Part shown: positions 63,066 to 64,000 of the stretch, in pieces | Layout of the letters: each line of letters starts with the position of its first letter | How positions within the stretch are numbered: position 1 is the stretch's first letter | Assembly: GCA_053919585.1 (NCBI GenBank) | Contig: CM132798.1 | Reading direction: 5' to 3' (one strand) | Source of the DNA: Euprymna scolopes | Lineage: Eukaryota | DNA: 64,000 nt | The notes under the pieces: model-generated | Told to the model about the DNA's origin: nothing | What the model saw: only the letters and a program-made list of their open reading frames with translations | Database searches by the model: none | Translations under genes and position numbers: made by a program

Positions 63066-64000
63066 TATAGAAACATAATATTTTATAAAGAGAGATTATA
63101 TTGTATGTATCGATTTGACTATATATTTTAACAGTGCTAAATACGTGAATAGAATTAAGTAGTAAGTTACGAAAATATTTATAACAATTAAGCTACACAG
63201 AATTTCTGCATTTCATTCTTGTAAGGACTCGTCAGGCTTTGATAATGCTGCATATATAGATGTGTTTGTGTGGATGTGGGTAAATTCCAATGAATATTTT
63301 TAAGGGTTCTCCAAAAGGTGTTTCCGTTTTGTACATCAATAAATAGTAATATTTTGTTGTGCCTGGCTAACATATTCATTTCAAGCGTTTTTTCAGCCAG
63401 CAATTGCAGTACTTATTCTTATAAAGTTGCATTTAGAACGTAACAGAAGTTGTGCTGGAAATGTGAGAATTAATGCAGGAAAACTTTTATACTGAATAGG
63501 GATGGACGATTCACTTAGCTAAGCTTAGGTGATAAGTTTAGTAGCGACCCTTGAAAGATGGCCGCGAATCCATTAGAAGCAATCCGCCATCTTGAAAGGT
63601 TTTAACCAGCGCTAATAAAAGTCGATCGTCCATTAAACCTTTAAGAAGTAGAAGATTTGTTCGAAGACGCATTTACGTGTTCTGACGACGATATTTATCG
63701 AAGATTTGAAAGCTGTGCGTTAGTTGAAGGTGTTACTCACTTAAAATATTGATTTAATTACCTGTAACTTCGTTTTATGGAGTTGAAAAGAAACTGGTTA
63801 TAGAGAGAGTTTTATTTACTAATCGAATAGATTTAGTGAAACCCAACGATGCAGTCAAGTAACGATTTGATTACAAGATATCAATATGCGTTTTACGAGA
63901 ATTCGATTAAACAGTGAGTAAACAATTGAAATAATATCGCGTTAATATAAACCCAGAATTATTGGACTGAAAAATGTTCGTAGATCAATGTGCGTATAAT

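Noticed and set aside
63683-63712. Hammerhead CTGACGA-C-GATA-TT-TATC-GAAG
   Set aside because: GAAG replaces GAAA, and no stem I or III can be formed.

Overview
AT-rich, microsatellite-dense animal genomic DNA from a draft assembly with about 13 N-gaps. It is probably an invertebrate; the one gene fragment resembles arthropod SCYL2-like paralogues (inference). The only host-gene sequence found is a 150-nt coding exon of a SCY1-like pseudokinase (28484-28633, GTAAGT donor). No next exon was recognised in the remaining ~35 kb. Almost everything else is mobile DNA. This includes degenerate R4/Dong-type non-LTR elements sitting in (TAA)n arrays, an RT/RNaseH-deleted Ty3/Gypsy element with both LTRs and an ATATT TSD, and six CR1/Zenon-like LINE copies. 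One of those LINEs is young, with an intact 767-aa ORF, and belongs to a three-layer nested insertion with an RTEX fragment. There are also two 5S-derived SINE3 families, non-autonomous Helitrons and HINE-like elements, and a MADE1-like mariner MITE. The most interesting signal is a dense set of type I hammerhead-ribozyme (HHR) motifs in several unrelated short non-coding elements, mostly embedded in (TA)n. Several are fused to tRNA-derived Pol III A/B boxes, and one is a 1.5-mer of a 324-nt unit whose boundary coincides with the predicted self-cleavage site. Together these look like Pol III-driven retrozyme / Penelope-dependent elements. All calls were made by eye, and boundaries of degenerate repeats are approximate.
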